Assembly (NCBI GenBank): GCA_963663385.2
Contig: CAXXXD010000002.1
Coordinates: forward strand, 224,001-288,000
Origin: Oceanispirochaeta sp.
GTDB lineage: Bacteria; Spirochaetota; Spirochaetia; DSM-2461
Length of the DNA: 64,000 nucleotides
Direction of reading: 5' to 3'
The translations under genes were made by a program, and so were the position numbers. The notes beneath the pieces are model-generated. The model was not told the origin of the DNA. It saw only the letters and a program-made list of their open reading frames with translations, and searched no databases. This document shows positions 29,782 through 39,801 of the stretch, in pieces (within the stretch, counting starts at the first letter, position 1; the number at the start of each line of letters is the position of its first letter).

Positions 29782-30308
29782 TACCTTGCTCCTGTTTGTT
29801 CCATGTAGATAATTTTATCCCGGTCAAATCCCCTTCTTTCCATCCTGGTAATAATACTCTCCAGTTTGTCCGGATCCATGGAGGGGTCTCTTGCCATAAT
29901 CCACAGGTATTTGTAGTTACTCGTGGCTATAACCGTGTAGGAGTAGGTCTCATCCAGTTCTATAATGTAGTAGGGGAGCTTAAGAGGCCACAGGGGGCGG
30001 ACCCGCCAATCCGCATTGGTTTCATTGTTATAAATCCATCCCTTCTGATACATGATTTTTTCTTTACCCTTTTTTGTAAAAGTGTACTCAACCCTTATGT
30101 TTCCCTCTTTGTCAAAACTGTAGTTTTCCACCCCGTTGCTGGCCCCTTTCTCAAAACTGGTGGGTATCAGAGCCAGAACAAACCAGTCTCCGGAAAATTT
30201 TTCCATATCCACGTAATCTACAGTTTTGTGAAACGCTTCTTTCTCACCGCCTGCCCAGGCTGTCATCGCTGTTCCCATTATGGTTAAAAAAATAATTGTA
30301 TTTTTCAT
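29781..30308 (-). CDS. Lipocalin (Blc-like), exported
   Basis: VDMEKFSGDWF (GxW), YYIIELDETY, YLWIMAR; signal peptide ending AWAGG. Confidence 0.9.
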   Translation of the reverse strand: MKNTIIFLTIMGTAMTAWAGGEKEAFHKTVDYVDMEKFSGDWFVLALIPTSFEKGASNGVENYSFDKEGNIRVEYTFTKKGKEKIMYQKGWIYNNETNADWRVRPLWPLKLPYYIIELDETYSYTVIATSNYKYLWIMARDPSMDPDKLESIITRMERRGFDRDKIIYMEQTGAR

Positions 30309-30309
30309 T

Positions 30310-31200
30310 TTATCCTTCCTTCTTCTTTTCCAATTCTAAGGCAAAGTCATAGGCCTTATCCAGCAGATTCGGGATATAGCCTATTCTGGAATAGGACGCC
30401 GCCATTTCCTTGTTGAATCCTCTCCCCGATATAACAATGGGACAGGAAATGCTGCCGCTTTCATCCAGATTCTTCAGATACGCGTTAAGTCCGTTCTGAA
30501 ACAGGTCCGTAATAATAGAGATATTTATCAGATCCGGTTTGTATTTTTCAGCCAGTAAAATCAGATCATTTACGGGAACATCGGGCCCAAGGAAATAGGT
30601 CCTCCAGCCCCTGTTCCGCAGAAGCTGGGAATACATGAAAACACCCAGGTCATGTTTGTCCGACGGGGCGCATAATCCCAGCCATACATTCTGTTCTGTG
30701 TCCTCTTTTTCTGTATTATTTCTTTCATTGGCAGAAATCAGGGCTATCAGCTCCCTTAACCGTTCACTTATCAGATGCTCTTCCAGTACCGATAGGGTTC
30801 CCCCCTGCCACCGGATACCTGTTTCATACAGCGCCGGGAGTATTATTTCACGGAAGCTTTCCCGCAGATCATATCCCCCGGATCTCTTCCAACCCAGAAT
30901 ATAATTCAGACAGTGGTCAAAGGAGTCATTTAATATACTGTGAAGCAGCTCTCCCGTATTGAATGTATCCCGGTTTAATCCTTTTCCGGCTGGTCTTACA
31001 TGGCAGAAAAGGAGATCGAGCGATAATCCCAGTGTTTCTGCCAGTTTAATAAGGGTTTTCTCCCCGGGAAATCTTGTGCCTCTTTCGTAATTGGCAATGC
31101 TCACCTGACCCAGGCCGGATTCTTTACCCAGTTCTGATTGGGTAAAACCCATTTTCTTTCTATAAAACCTTAGATTCCTGCCGAAAATATTATCATTCAT
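30310..31200 (-). CDS. XRE-HTH regulator with CarH-type cobalamin-binding domains
   Basis: HTH_3 (TQSELG...IANYERG...P); W-x9-EH (30810-30775); D-x-H-x-x-G (30660-30652); LGPDVP. Confidence 0.88.
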   Translation of the reverse strand: MNDNIFGRNLRFYRKKMGFTQSELGKESGLGQVSIANYERGTRFPGEKTLIKLAETLGLSLDLLFCHVRPAGKGLNRDTFNTGELLHSILNDSFDHCLNYILGWKRSGGYDLRESFREIILPALYETGIRWQGGTLSVLEEHLISERLRELIALISANERNNTEKEDTEQNVWLGLCAPSDKHDLGVFMYSQLLRNRGWRTYFLGPDVPVNDLILLAEKYKPDLINISIITDLFQNGLNAYLKNLDESGSISCPIVISGRGFNKEMAASYSRIGYIPNLLDKAYDFALELEKKKEG

Positions 31201-31206
31201 ATTCTG

Positions 31207-31270
31207 AATATAACATTAAGTTATATAAAAGTCAAAAAAACTTGCAATAATAACAATATGGTATTATTAT
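31207..31270. promoter_or_regulatory. Back-to-back sigma70 promoters, each with a palindromic operator
   Basis: - strand TTGACT(31235)-17-TATATT(31212) with ATATAAC-N5-GTTATAT (31208-31226); + strand TTGCAA(31242)-17-TATTAT(31265) with AATAATAAC-N5-GGTATTATT (31246-31268). Confidence 0.75.
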
Positions 31271-31298
31271 TAAATTACTAGGAAATAGGAGAGAAAAA

Positions 31299-32021
31299 AT
31301 GAAACAGATTGTTTTAATGATAATAATTTCAATATTTATGGAGAGTGCTTTTTCAAACGAGGCTGTAGAGGTCATGAGAGGATATATTTACAGAAAGGGA
31401 ACTCAGGAGCAGGACCTGATGTATGTGCAGAAGGAGATAAGGCAACAGTTTGATAAAGCAGAAAGTATCAGTCACCAGTATTACGGCGCTGACAATGAGC
31501 TTGAAGCTTTCGAAACGGTGAAACTGGAAAACGGAGTAATCGATCTGTATGAAACAGCTATCAACGGGCTGAATTTTGAAGGATCATTGCAGATAAAAGA
31601 AAACAGCATTAAACTTATGAGAGTACAGGATGGTAAATTTAAAGAGAGGGAAATCAGAATTAAAGAGAATCTTATTGTTGGCCCCATGCTTCCTTCTTTT
31701 GTAGAGCAGAATGCAGATGATCTTATGGCCGGAGAAAAGGTAGTATTTTATCTGCCCTTCTTTGATGGTATGACTTTGATTCCCATGGTTCTGGAAGCTA
31801 AAGACAGCCGGGATAACGGAGAAAGTAATACTTTTACCATAGAAATGAAGCTGAAAAGCAGGCTGTTGAGCCTTTTTATAGACACCATTGATATGGTTCT
31901 GGATAAAAATACAGGCAAAATTGTGGAAATCCACGGCCCTACCATACTACCGGATCCTGTGAACTCCAGTTCCAGAGAATTTGTTGATGCCAATATCTAC
32001 TACGAATATGGAGGAATCTGA
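31299..32021 (+). CDS. Exported hypothetical protein
   Basis: Signal peptide ending AFS; SD AGGAGAG; first gene of a tightly coupled operon. Confidence 0.8.
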   Translation: MKQIVLMIIISIFMESAFSNEAVEVMRGYIYRKGTQEQDLMYVQKEIRQQFDKAESISHQYYGADNELEAFETVKLENGVIDLYETAINGLNFEGSLQIKENSIKLMRVQDGKFKEREIRIKENLIVGPMLPSFVEQNADDLMAGEKVVFYLPFFDGMTLIPMVLEAKDSRDNGESNTFTIEMKLKSRLLSLFIDTIDMVLDKNTGKIVEIHGPTILPDPVNSSSREFVDANIYYEYGGI

Positions 32022-32815
32022 TGATAAATTTATTTAGTGAACAACCGGTTCTGGCCTCTTTTATACTAAGTGTTTCGGTAAACCTGATTTTTTTTCTGGT
32101 AGCTCTTACTTTAAAAACGGATAAAGTGACGGACCTGTCCTACAGCCTGTCTTTTATGGCGATTGCCCCCCTGCTTCTGGCGGCAAACGGGATGAACTTC
32201 AGTTTACAGCAGCTGATTGTGACCCTGGCTATTGTTGTGTGGGGCATCCGTTTGGGGAGCTACCTTTTTTACAGAATCCTTTTAACCAAAACGGATGAGC
32301 GTTTTGATGATAAACGGAATAACCCCAAAAGACTGACTGCCTTCTGGCTGCTTCAGATTACTGCCGTATGGCTTATATTGATGCCCTATTCCTTTTATCT
32401 TACCTCAAGAACAGTAGGGGGCATGAGCTTTATAACCCTGTCAGGTCTGGCCGTTTATGCCGCAGGTTTGATCATCGAATCCGTCAGCGATTATCAGAAA
32501 TTCATCTTTAAAAAACAGCCGGACAACAAGGGAAAATGGATGGACAAAGGTCTATGGCACTGGTCCAGGCACCCCAACTACTTTGGGGAGATGCTGGTCT
32601 GGTGGGGGCTTTTTGTTGTAGTGGTTCCCTATTTGACAGGGTTGAAATTACTGACCCTGATTGGCCCTGTTTTTATTACCCTGCTGCTCCTTTTCGTGAG
32701 CGGTATTCCCCTGCTGGAAAAAAGCGCTGAAAAAAAATATGGCAATAATCCCGATTATGTGGCCTACCGTGATTCAACCAGCCTGCTCATTCCTCTCCCG
32801 AGGAAAAAGAACTGA
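32021..32815 (+). CDS. DUF1295 / steroid 5-alpha-reductase-like membrane protein
   Basis: [34 protein letters not shown]. Confidence 0.92.
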   Translation: MINLFSEQPVLASFILSVSVNLIFFLVALTLKTDKVTDLSYSLSFMAIAPLLLAANGMNFSLQQLIVTLAIVVWGIRLGSYLFYRILLTKTDERFDDKRNNPKRLTAFWLLQITAVWLILMPYSFYLTSRTVGGMSFITLSGLAVYAAGLIIESVSDYQKFIFKKQPDNKGKWMDKGLWHWSRHPNYFGEMLVWWGLFVVVVPYLTGLKLLTLIGPVFITLLLLFVSGIPLLEKSAEKKYGNNPDYVAYRDSTSLLIPLPRKKN

Positions 32816-33450
32816 TGCTTTTTGTTGTACTGCTAGCCGCCTACCTGACCGGTTCTATTCCTTTTTCCTTCCTTGTGGCGTATGGAATTTCGGGAGGGGA
32901 TATAAGAAAACAGGGAAGCGGTAACGCGGGAGCCAGTAATGTTTTAAGAACCCTGGGGTGGAAAGCGGCTCTGCCCGCTGCTCTGGGAGATTTTTTCAAA
33001 GCCTTTATACCCGTTTTTATGGCTGAGGAGATTATGAATACGGCAGGGCTGGCTGATTTGAATCCGGATCACTTCAGGCTGGGGATTCTTTTCTTCATAA
33101 TGATAGGGCATGTATTCCCTGTCTGGCTGAAGTTCAGGGGAGGGAAGGGCGTCGCCTCTGCTGCCGGGGGCATTTCGGCCCTGTTCCCTCCGGCCTTTCC
33201 TTTCTGTTTGATCCTTTTTACAGTAGTGGCGGGAGTCACCCGCTATGCCTCAGTGGCGTCCCTGATCACAGCCTGGTCACTGCCTGTGTACTATACGTTT
33301 TTTACTTTGAAATTTTCCAATGATTTTTCTTCTGTTTTTTTGGTTTTTTTTCTGCTGACAGGGCTGCTTATAACTGTTTTTCACAGAAAGAATATACGAC
33401 GGTTATTACAGGGAAAAGAAAATACAATTGAAATAAGGAAACGCAGATGA
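32815..33450 (+). CDS. plsY: Acyl-phosphate:glycerol-3-phosphate acyltransferase
   Basis: GSIP, GSGNAGASNVLR, GHVFP, FRGGKGVA, HRKNIRRL. Confidence 0.95.
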   Translation: MLFVVLLAAYLTGSIPFSFLVAYGISGGDIRKQGSGNAGASNVLRTLGWKAALPAALGDFFKAFIPVFMAEEIMNTAGLADLNPDHFRLGILFFIMIGHVFPVWLKFRGGKGVASAAGGISALFPPAFPFCLILFTVVAGVTRYASVASLITAWSLPVYYTFFTLKFSNDFSSVFLVFFLLTGLLITVFHRKNIRRLLQGKENTIEIRKRR

Positions 33451-34190
33451 ATGACTCCATGATGAATACCCTGAGAACCCTGGCCTTCTTCTCCTGGATG
33501 TGGGTTGTCCTGTTTTTTTCACTGCTTCTTCTTATCCCTTTGAACATTCTGGGCTTATTGGGGATGAAACAGAGGCAGTCCCGTTTCATTATAAAAGCTA
33601 CAAAAAAATGGGCCCGGCATCTTATTTTTACTTCAGGGTCAAAAATACGGGTAAGCGGAAGGGAAAATATACCGAAAGAACCAGGCTACTGTGTAGTGGC
33701 CAACCATCAGAGTAACTTTGATATTCCCCTGATTATGACCGTTCTGCCGGATAATGCGGGATTTATCGGCAAATACGAGATGAAAAAGGTTCCCCTGCTG
33801 AATTCGTGGATGAAGGCTCTGAACTGCGTCTTTATAAAAAGGGATAATATCAGACAGTCCATTGAGGGTATAAAAGAAGCCCTTGACCAGGTACAGGATG
33901 GAAAAACCATGGTCCTGTTTCCCGAAGGGACCAGAAGCAGGAACGGCATACCCGGGAAGTTTCATCAGGCCGGGATCCGTCTGGCCCTGGAAGCGGGAGT
34001 TCCTGTCCTGCCTGTCACCATTAAAAACTCCTTCAATATGTTTGAAAAAAACAAAAAAATCATGCCCACCCATGTGGAAATTGTCATACATGAAATGCGT
34101 AAAGGATTCGGACAGAACATAAATGCTGCCGTATCGGAGCTTATAAATACTGTTACCAAACCCATACCTGCAGGAGATGAAACAAAATGA
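33447..34190 (+). CDS. plsC: 1-acyl-sn-glycerol-3-phosphate acyltransferase
   Basis: NHQSNFD (HX4D), FIKR, FPEGTRS, VPVLPV. Confidence 0.93.
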   Translation: MNDSMMNTLRTLAFFSWMWVVLFFSLLLLIPLNILGLLGMKQRQSRFIIKATKKWARHLIFTSGSKIRVSGRENIPKEPGYCVVANHQSNFDIPLIMTVLPDNAGFIGKYEMKKVPLLNSWMKALNCVFIKRDNIRQSIEGIKEALDQVQDGKTMVLFPEGTRSRNGIPGKFHQAGIRLALEAGVPVLPVTIKNSFNMFEKNKKIMPTHVEIVIHEMRKGFGQNINAAVSELINTVTKPIPAGDETK

Positions 34191-34996
34191 AATTGATAGT
34201 GAATATTGTATTGTGTATATGGCTGGCTGCTGCGGCTTTTGCCGATGATACCATCAGGATACAGGCCGGTGCGGAATTCGGGTTTATATCCATTATGAAG
34301 CATGAAATCCAGTCGGGCAGCTCCTCTGACAAGGGCGATGTGTTTGATTACAGAACCCAGGGGAATCAGGATGTCCTTTTTCCCTTTTACCGCTATAAAG
34401 CAGAGGTCTCCCTGCCGCAAAAACATCATGTTGTATTTCTTTATCAGCCTCTTACTGTTGTTACACAGGCCGAGATTACAGAGTCTTTCCGGTATAATGA
34501 GGTGGACTATTCTGAAGAGGATGGATTTCTGAACCTGACTTATGCTTTTGATTTCTGGCGCTTCTCCTATCTCTATGATCTATACGATACGGGTTACTTC
34601 TTTTTCAGCCCCGGACTTTCCCTGCAAATCAGGAATGCTTCCATTGTTTTCAGGGCAGAGGAGAGCAGTAAAGGATCCATCTCCGACGGGATCGGACCTG
34701 TTCCCATAATTAAAATGCGAACGGGTTACAAGTGGGATAATGGTGTTTATATAATGTTTGAAGGGGATGGATTTTACGCCAGCAATAAATTCATAAATGG
34801 CGCCGAGTACCCCTTCACCGGATATATATATGATCTTTCCGGCAGAACCGGATACAGGATTAATACGCATTCCTCGGCCTATCTGAATCTGAGATTCCTG
34901 GGAGGAGGGGCTGAGGGAACAAATGACGAGGATGAATATACCTATAATGATCTTCATACCATTGGCTTAACTCTCGGGTACCAGTATGAGTTCTGA
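34187..34996 (+). CDS. Putative outer-membrane beta-barrel protein
   Basis: Signal peptide ending AAAFA; aromatic-rich amphipathic strands; C-terminal LGYQYEF beta-signal. Confidence 0.75.
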   Translation: MKLIVNIVLCIWLAAAAFADDTIRIQAGAEFGFISIMKHEIQSGSSSDKGDVFDYRTQGNQDVLFPFYRYKAEVSLPQKHHVVFLYQPLTVVTQAEITESFRYNEVDYSEEDGFLNLTYAFDFWRFSYLYDLYDTGYFFFSPGLSLQIRNASIVFRAEESSKGSISDGIGPVPIIKMRTGYKWDNGVYIMFEGDGFYASNKFINGAEYPFTGYIYDLSGRTGYRINTHSSAYLNLRFLGGGAEGTNDEDEYTYNDLHTIGLTLGYQYEF

Positions 34997-35021
34997 TTAC
35001 AGCAGAAAAAGGGGAACCCTA

Positions 35022-36149
35022 ATGAAAAATGCAATAATAGTAATCCTGGCAGCTTCTCTTTTAATTATGACATCTTCGTGCAGCAAGGACAAATCCGAGG
35101 ATTCTGTTAGCGCTGCATCCTGGGATGCCGGGGAGGATAATTCTGTCGTATCCGTAGAAGCCCTGACGGTGAGCAGGGGGAAGCTTGTCACCAATGTGTC
35201 CGGATCGGGGATTATCAGAGGGGCTTCGGAAGCCTGGAGTATTGCGGAGAGTGACGGCATTATAGAAGAAGTGTATGTTTCACCCGGTGCTTATGTGAAA
35301 GAAGGGGATCCCCTGTTAAAGGTAGAAGATAATCTGGCTTATTGGGATATGACCAGAGCAGAAAAGCAGTATGAGATGTCTACCATTGAGTACAAGGGGA
35401 CAAAAAACTCTTTTGAAAATGGTGGAACTACAGAAATTGAGTACAAGAGGGTTCTGGCTGAGTGGCATAACAGGCGGCTTATTTTTGAGCAGGCTAAAAA
35501 GGCCTATGAAGATTGTACTTTAAAAGCACCCATAAGCGGGTATGTTTCTGTGATGGATACATCTTTAAGCAGGGGAAATTACCTAAACAGAAATACACGG
35601 GTTCTGAAGGTTGTAAACAGAGAGAATTTTGTTATGGAGATTTTCCCCGGTCAGCGAGAAATTGGATTGATAAATAAGGATTCTCCCGTTTCTGTTCATA
35701 TCGAACTGGCTGATCGAATCCTGGAAAACAAAGGCTCCATTCTGGATATTTCAGGAGGGTCTGATGAAAGCTCCGGTAGTTTTCCTGTCCGAATCCTGTG
35801 GGAAAATACATGGGGTGACGAAGTGCTCCCCGGCATGACAGCCCGGGTTGAAGTGGCCACCAACGGGGCTGTGGAAGGCATCATCGTCCCCTTTGACAAA
35901 GTAGTGGAAAGAAACGGTGATCTATGGGTTTTCCTTTCGGTGAAGGAGTCCGGTTCGGATGAACCGGCCGGGGAGGAAGGTGTTGTCCTGGTCAGAAAAG
36001 TGCGCCTGGGAGCCCGTCTGGGAAATCGTGTCATGATAGAGGAGGGGCTGCAGGAAGGGGATGTCCTTATTACATCGGGATTTGCCTCTCTGTCCCCCGA
36101 CAAAAAAGTCAAGCTTACCCTACTCGGTAAAACAGGAGATTTCAAATGA
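35022..36149 (+). CDS. RND efflux periplasmic adaptor (MFP) lipoprotein
   Basis: Lipobox TSSC; VKEGDPL, LKAPISG, LPGMTARV, GLQEGD. Confidence 0.92.
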   Translation: MKNAIIVILAASLLIMTSSCSKDKSEDSVSAASWDAGEDNSVVSVEALTVSRGKLVTNVSGSGIIRGASEAWSIAESDGIIEEVYVSPGAYVKEGDPLLKVEDNLAYWDMTRAEKQYEMSTIEYKGTKNSFENGGTTEIEYKRVLAEWHNRRLIFEQAKKAYEDCTLKAPISGYVSVMDTSLSRGNYLNRNTRVLKVVNRENFVMEIFPGQREIGLINKDSPVSVHIELADRILENKGSILDISGGSDESSGSFPVRILWENTWGDEVLPGMTARVEVATNGAVEGIIVPFDKVVERNGDLWVFLSVKESGSDEPAGEEGVVLVRKVRLGARLGNRVMIEEGLQEGDVLITSGFASLSPDKKVKLTLLGKTGDFK

Positions 36150-39100
36150 GTCTCTCCCGATTTTCTGTCAATAACGGTGTTTTTCTCAATATCCTGATGA
36201 TTTTTATACTTGTTCTGGGTTTCTTTTCCGTGAGCCGGATGCCCCGGGAGCAGTATAGTGAAGTCCCCTTTTACTTTGTAAATATAGTGGTTCCCTTTCC
36301 CGGAGCCGGTGCTGAAGATGTGGAACAGCAGGTGACCATTCCCATAGAGAATGAGATGCAGTCTCTGGATGAACTGGAGGAGATCTCCTCCGTATCCAGT
36401 GAAGGACTGGCGGTTGTGCAGATCCAGTTTAACGACGGTATAAGCAGTAATCAGTTCGACAAGCTCTTTGCGGATGTCAGAACGAATTTTACAAAAGCCA
36501 ATCTTCCCGATGGGGTTCTGGAAGAAACGATTGACGATTTTTCTTCCACGGATTTTCTGCCTGTGGCGGAAGTGGTCGTGTCCGGACAGGTTGAATATGA
36601 GACCCTTTTAAAGCTGGCCAGAGACCTGGAGAATGATTTAAGGGTCATAAAGGATGTTTCAGGTGTTGAAATTGTAGGCGCCCGGGACAAACAGATTGCC
36701 ATCGAAATGAATCAGGCCATGGCGGAGTCTCTCAATATATCGCCGTCTGAAGTAGCCCTGGCCGTGCAGGGAGGGAATATCTCCATTCCCGGTGGCAAAT
36801 TCAAGACAGGAGATTCGGAATATCTGGTCAGAACAACGGGTGGACTGGATGATGTGGAAGATTTTCAGTCCCTTATTCTCCGCAGGGGGCAGGACGGAAA
36901 GGGAAGTGTCCGGATTGGTCAGATAGCCCATGTAAATGAAAGATATGATCCGGAAGGGGTAAAAGCCCGGTTCAACGGAGAACCTTCTCTGGTTATCCGC
37001 CTGACAAAAATACCCGGAGGGGACGGGGTCGGTATCATTGATGAGACAAGAGATGTCCTGGCCGGGTATGCAAGGAATCTCTCCCCGAATATTTCCATCA
37101 ATCTGATTAATGATTCGACCATTCAGATACGGGACAGTCTGAATGTTCTGTTGAACAATGTCCTTCTGGGACTGGTTCTGCTGATTGTTATTCTGTACCT
37201 GTTCGTCGGTTTGAGAAACAGTTTGATGACGGCTCTCGGTATACCCGTAACCTTTGCCGCCTCCTTTGTCATCCTTGATGCCCTGGGGGAGACATTTAAT
37301 ACGAACACCCTTTTCGGGCTGGTCCTTGTTCTGGGACTGGTCGTGGATCATGCCATTGTGATTATTGAAAACAGTTACAGGCTGCAGGAAAAAGGGCTTT
37401 CCCCCCTGGAGGCGGCCGTGGAAGGGACCAGACAGGTTTCTCTGCCCGTTATAGCGGCAACGGGTACAACAGTTGCCGCTTTTCTCCCTCTTATGATACT
37501 GCCCGGAACAATCGGAAAATTCCTGAGGGTTATACCCTTTACCGTGTCCATCGCCCTGATTCTGTCCACTCTTGAAGCTTTGGTTTTCATACCCGATCAC
37601 TATGCCCACTGGCCTGCAAGAAAAAAATACAGCGAAGATAATCCCCGCTGGAATGCCTTCCGGAACGGATTCAAATGGCTTCTGGAGAAACTGTACAGAA
37701 GAAAAGGATTTACCGTCGCGGCCATTCTGATTGTGATGGTTCTCAGTTTTATGCTGGTTCCCCTGCTGGACCAGGATCTATTCAGCGCCGAGGACTATAC
37801 GGTTTTCTATATAGATCTCGAGATGGCTCCCGGAACGCCTCTGGGACGGACTGAAGAAATCCTGACCCGGTATGAACAGGCCCTGCTTCCTCTTGTAGGG
37901 CAGGGGGAAGTTACATCCCTGTCCCTCGCCATAGGATTTCTGGGGGGCGACAGCGGTAACCAGGTGCAAAGCAGTGTAGGGCAGTTGACGGTAGACCTGG
38001 CCGAAAGGAAAGAGGGCCGGGAAAGATCGATTACAGCTATCATGGCAGATGCCAGGGAATTAACGGAAAACATCCCCGGAGCAGATTATGTAGAGTTCAG
38101 AAAAGCGGCAAACGGCCCTCCTACGGATGCTCCTGTAGCCTTCAGGCTGTTCGGAGATAACAGGGAGGAACTGGTCGCATCCTCTGAGCGTCTGCAGAGG
38201 GAGCTTCAGACTTTCCCCGAGCTGTTCGGAATTAAGGATGATTACGAACCCGGAACGCCGGAGCTCCGTATTGTGGTGGATCAGGAACAGGCTGCGGCTT
38301 TTGGTATGAGCCCGGCCCTGGTGGGACAGGCCGTAAGGAATGCCCTGGACGGGTATAGTGCCGGAACCTATTTCAAGAATAATGAAGAAATAGAAATTAT
38401 CGTCAGTTACAGGGGCGCTGGAGAAGGCCAGCTTCAGGACCTTCTTCAGTTAAGCCTGGTTACGCCTGCGGGACAATCCATTCCTTTTTCATCTATATGC
38501 CGGATAGAGCCTGTTTCTTCTCCTTCCTCCATTAAGCGTGTGGACGGCGAAAGGGAAATCCAGGTAACGAGCGAAGCCTATTCAACCGGGAATCTGGCCC
38601 TGATAAATCAGGCAATACAAAAGGTCTATAATGAGGAACTGAAACCGCGGTTCCCCGGAGTCACCCTTAATATCGGAGGAGAATTTTCCGAATTCGGTGA
38701 TTTGCTGATTCAGATCCTGAGAATCTTTCTGATCGGGATCTTCCTTATATATATCATTCTGGCTACTCAGTTCAACTCCTATACACAACCCCTTATAATC
38801 CTCTTTTCCGTCCCCCTGGCGTTTATGGGGGTTATCCTGTATCTGGTTGTTTCGGGAAACCCCTTCTCGACAACAGTTATCTATGCCGGCGTTGCCCTGG
38901 CGGGAATAGCCGTTAACGACTCCATTGTGCTGATCAGTTTTATAAATGAAGAGAGGAAGAACGGGTTGGCCACAGCCCATGCGGTAAAGGATGCCGCGGC
39001 CACTCGGCTCAGACCGATTATTTTGACTTCCCTGACAACCATTGCCGGGCTGATCCCTACCGCCATAGGACTGGGGGGAAAGTCGGTTGTATGGGGACCT

Positions 39101-39202
39101 ATGGCTGGAACCATAATATTCGGACTGATGTTTTCTACGGTAACCGCTCTTGTCTTCATACCCTGTCTGTACGGGCTTATTTATGACAGAGAAAAAAAAT
39201 AG
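36146..39202 (+). CDS. RND transporter permease (AcrB/D/F family)
   Basis: 1018 aa; LGLVVDHAIVIIEN, GIAVNDSIVL, RLRPIILT. Confidence 0.95.
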   Translation: MSLSRFSVNNGVFLNILMIFILVLGFFSVSRMPREQYSEVPFYFVNIVVPFPGAGAEDVEQQVTIPIENEMQSLDELEEISSVSSEGLAVVQIQFNDGISSNQFDKLFADVRTNFTKANLPDGVLEETIDDFSSTDFLPVAEVVVSGQVEYETLLKLARDLENDLRVIKDVSGVEIVGARDKQIAIEMNQAMAESLNISPSEVALAVQGGNISIPGGKFKTGDSEYLVRTTGGLDDVEDFQSLILRRGQDGKGSVRIGQIAHVNERYDPEGVKARFNGEPSLVIRLTKIPGGDGVGIIDETRDVLAGYARNLSPNISINLINDSTIQIRDSLNVLLNNVLLGLVLLIVILYLFVGLRNSLMTALGIPVTFAASFVILDALGETFNTNTLFGLVLVLGLVVDHAIVIIENSYRLQEKGLSPLEAAVEGTRQVSLPVIAATGTTVAAFLPLMILPGTIGKFLRVIPFTVSIALILSTLEALVFIPDHYAHWPARKKYSEDNPRWNAFRNGFKWLLEKLYRRKGFTVAAILIVMVLSFMLVPLLDQDLFSAEDYTVFYIDLEMAPGTPLGRTEEILTRYEQALLPLVGQGEVTSLSLAIGFLGGDSGNQVQSSVGQLTVDLAERKEGRERSITAIMADARELTENIPGADYVEFRKAANGPPTDAPVAFRLFGDNREELVASSERLQRELQTFPELFGIKDDYEPGTPELRIVVDQEQAAAFGMSPALVGQAVRNALDGYSAGTYFKNNEEIEIIVSYRGAGEGQLQDLLQLSLVTPAGQSIPFSSICRIEPVSSPSSIKRVDGEREIQVTSEAYSTGNLALINQAIQKVYNEELKPRFPGVTLNIGGEFSEFGDLLIQILRIFLIGIFLIYIILATQFNSYTQPLIILFSVPLAFMGVILYLVVSGNPFSTTVIYAGVALAGIAVNDSIVLISFINEERKNGLATAHAVKDAAATRLRPIILTSLTTIAGLIPTAIGLGGKSVVWGPMAGTIIFGLMFSTVTALVFIPCLYGLIYDREKK

Positions 39203-39213
39203 TCCCGGCTCCA

Positions 39214-39615
39214 TTACTGAAATCCTGAACCAGTCGGTCCGGGGAGGGGGGAGTATTTTTCTATATAGGATATAAGTTTTTCCGGATCAATAGGCTTTGA
39301 CAGGAATCCGGCCGCATTCAGATCTTCGGCTTTTTTCCTTTCCGCTTCGTTACTGTTACCAGAAAGAAAAACAACGGGGATCTCCTTTAATACGGGGGTT
39401 GCCTTTATCTGTCTGCATACTTCAAAGCCGTCAATTCCCGGCATCATAATATCGAGCAGGACAAGATCCGGCCTTTCATCTTCTGTTATAACTTCAAGAG
39501 CTTCCTCCCCGTCAAGGGCTACCGCAATATCATCCCGCTCTCCGATTATTGCCAATATAATATCAATATTGGCAGGTGTATCATCAACAACCAGTATCAT
39601 CGTTTTTCTCCCCAT
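39214..39615 (-). CDS. Single-domain response regulator
   Basis: VVDD, LLDIMMP, FLS, KPID. Confidence 0.9.
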   Translation of the reverse strand: MGRKTMILVVDDTPANIDIILAIIGERDDIAVALDGEEALEVITEDERPDLVLLDIMMPGIDGFEVCRQIKATPVLKEIPVVFLSGNSNEAERKKAEDLNAAGFLSKPIDPEKLISYIEKYSPLPGPTGSGFQ

Positions 39616-39801
39616 TCAACTTCAGTTCTTTATCAAATGGAATCCAATAAATCCGTCGTACTCGTCCTTCTATAATTATTATCTATTTATTATTGTTTTT
39701 CCTGTTTTTTCTCTTAAATTTGGCAATAGATCTATCCGGGTATTATACTGATAGAGACGGTTCTAATGTATGTTTGTGTTTATTTTATGCGATGGTGAAG
39801 A

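Noticed and set aside
36659..37609. 316-aa minus-strand ORF
   Set aside because: Antisense to the RND permease
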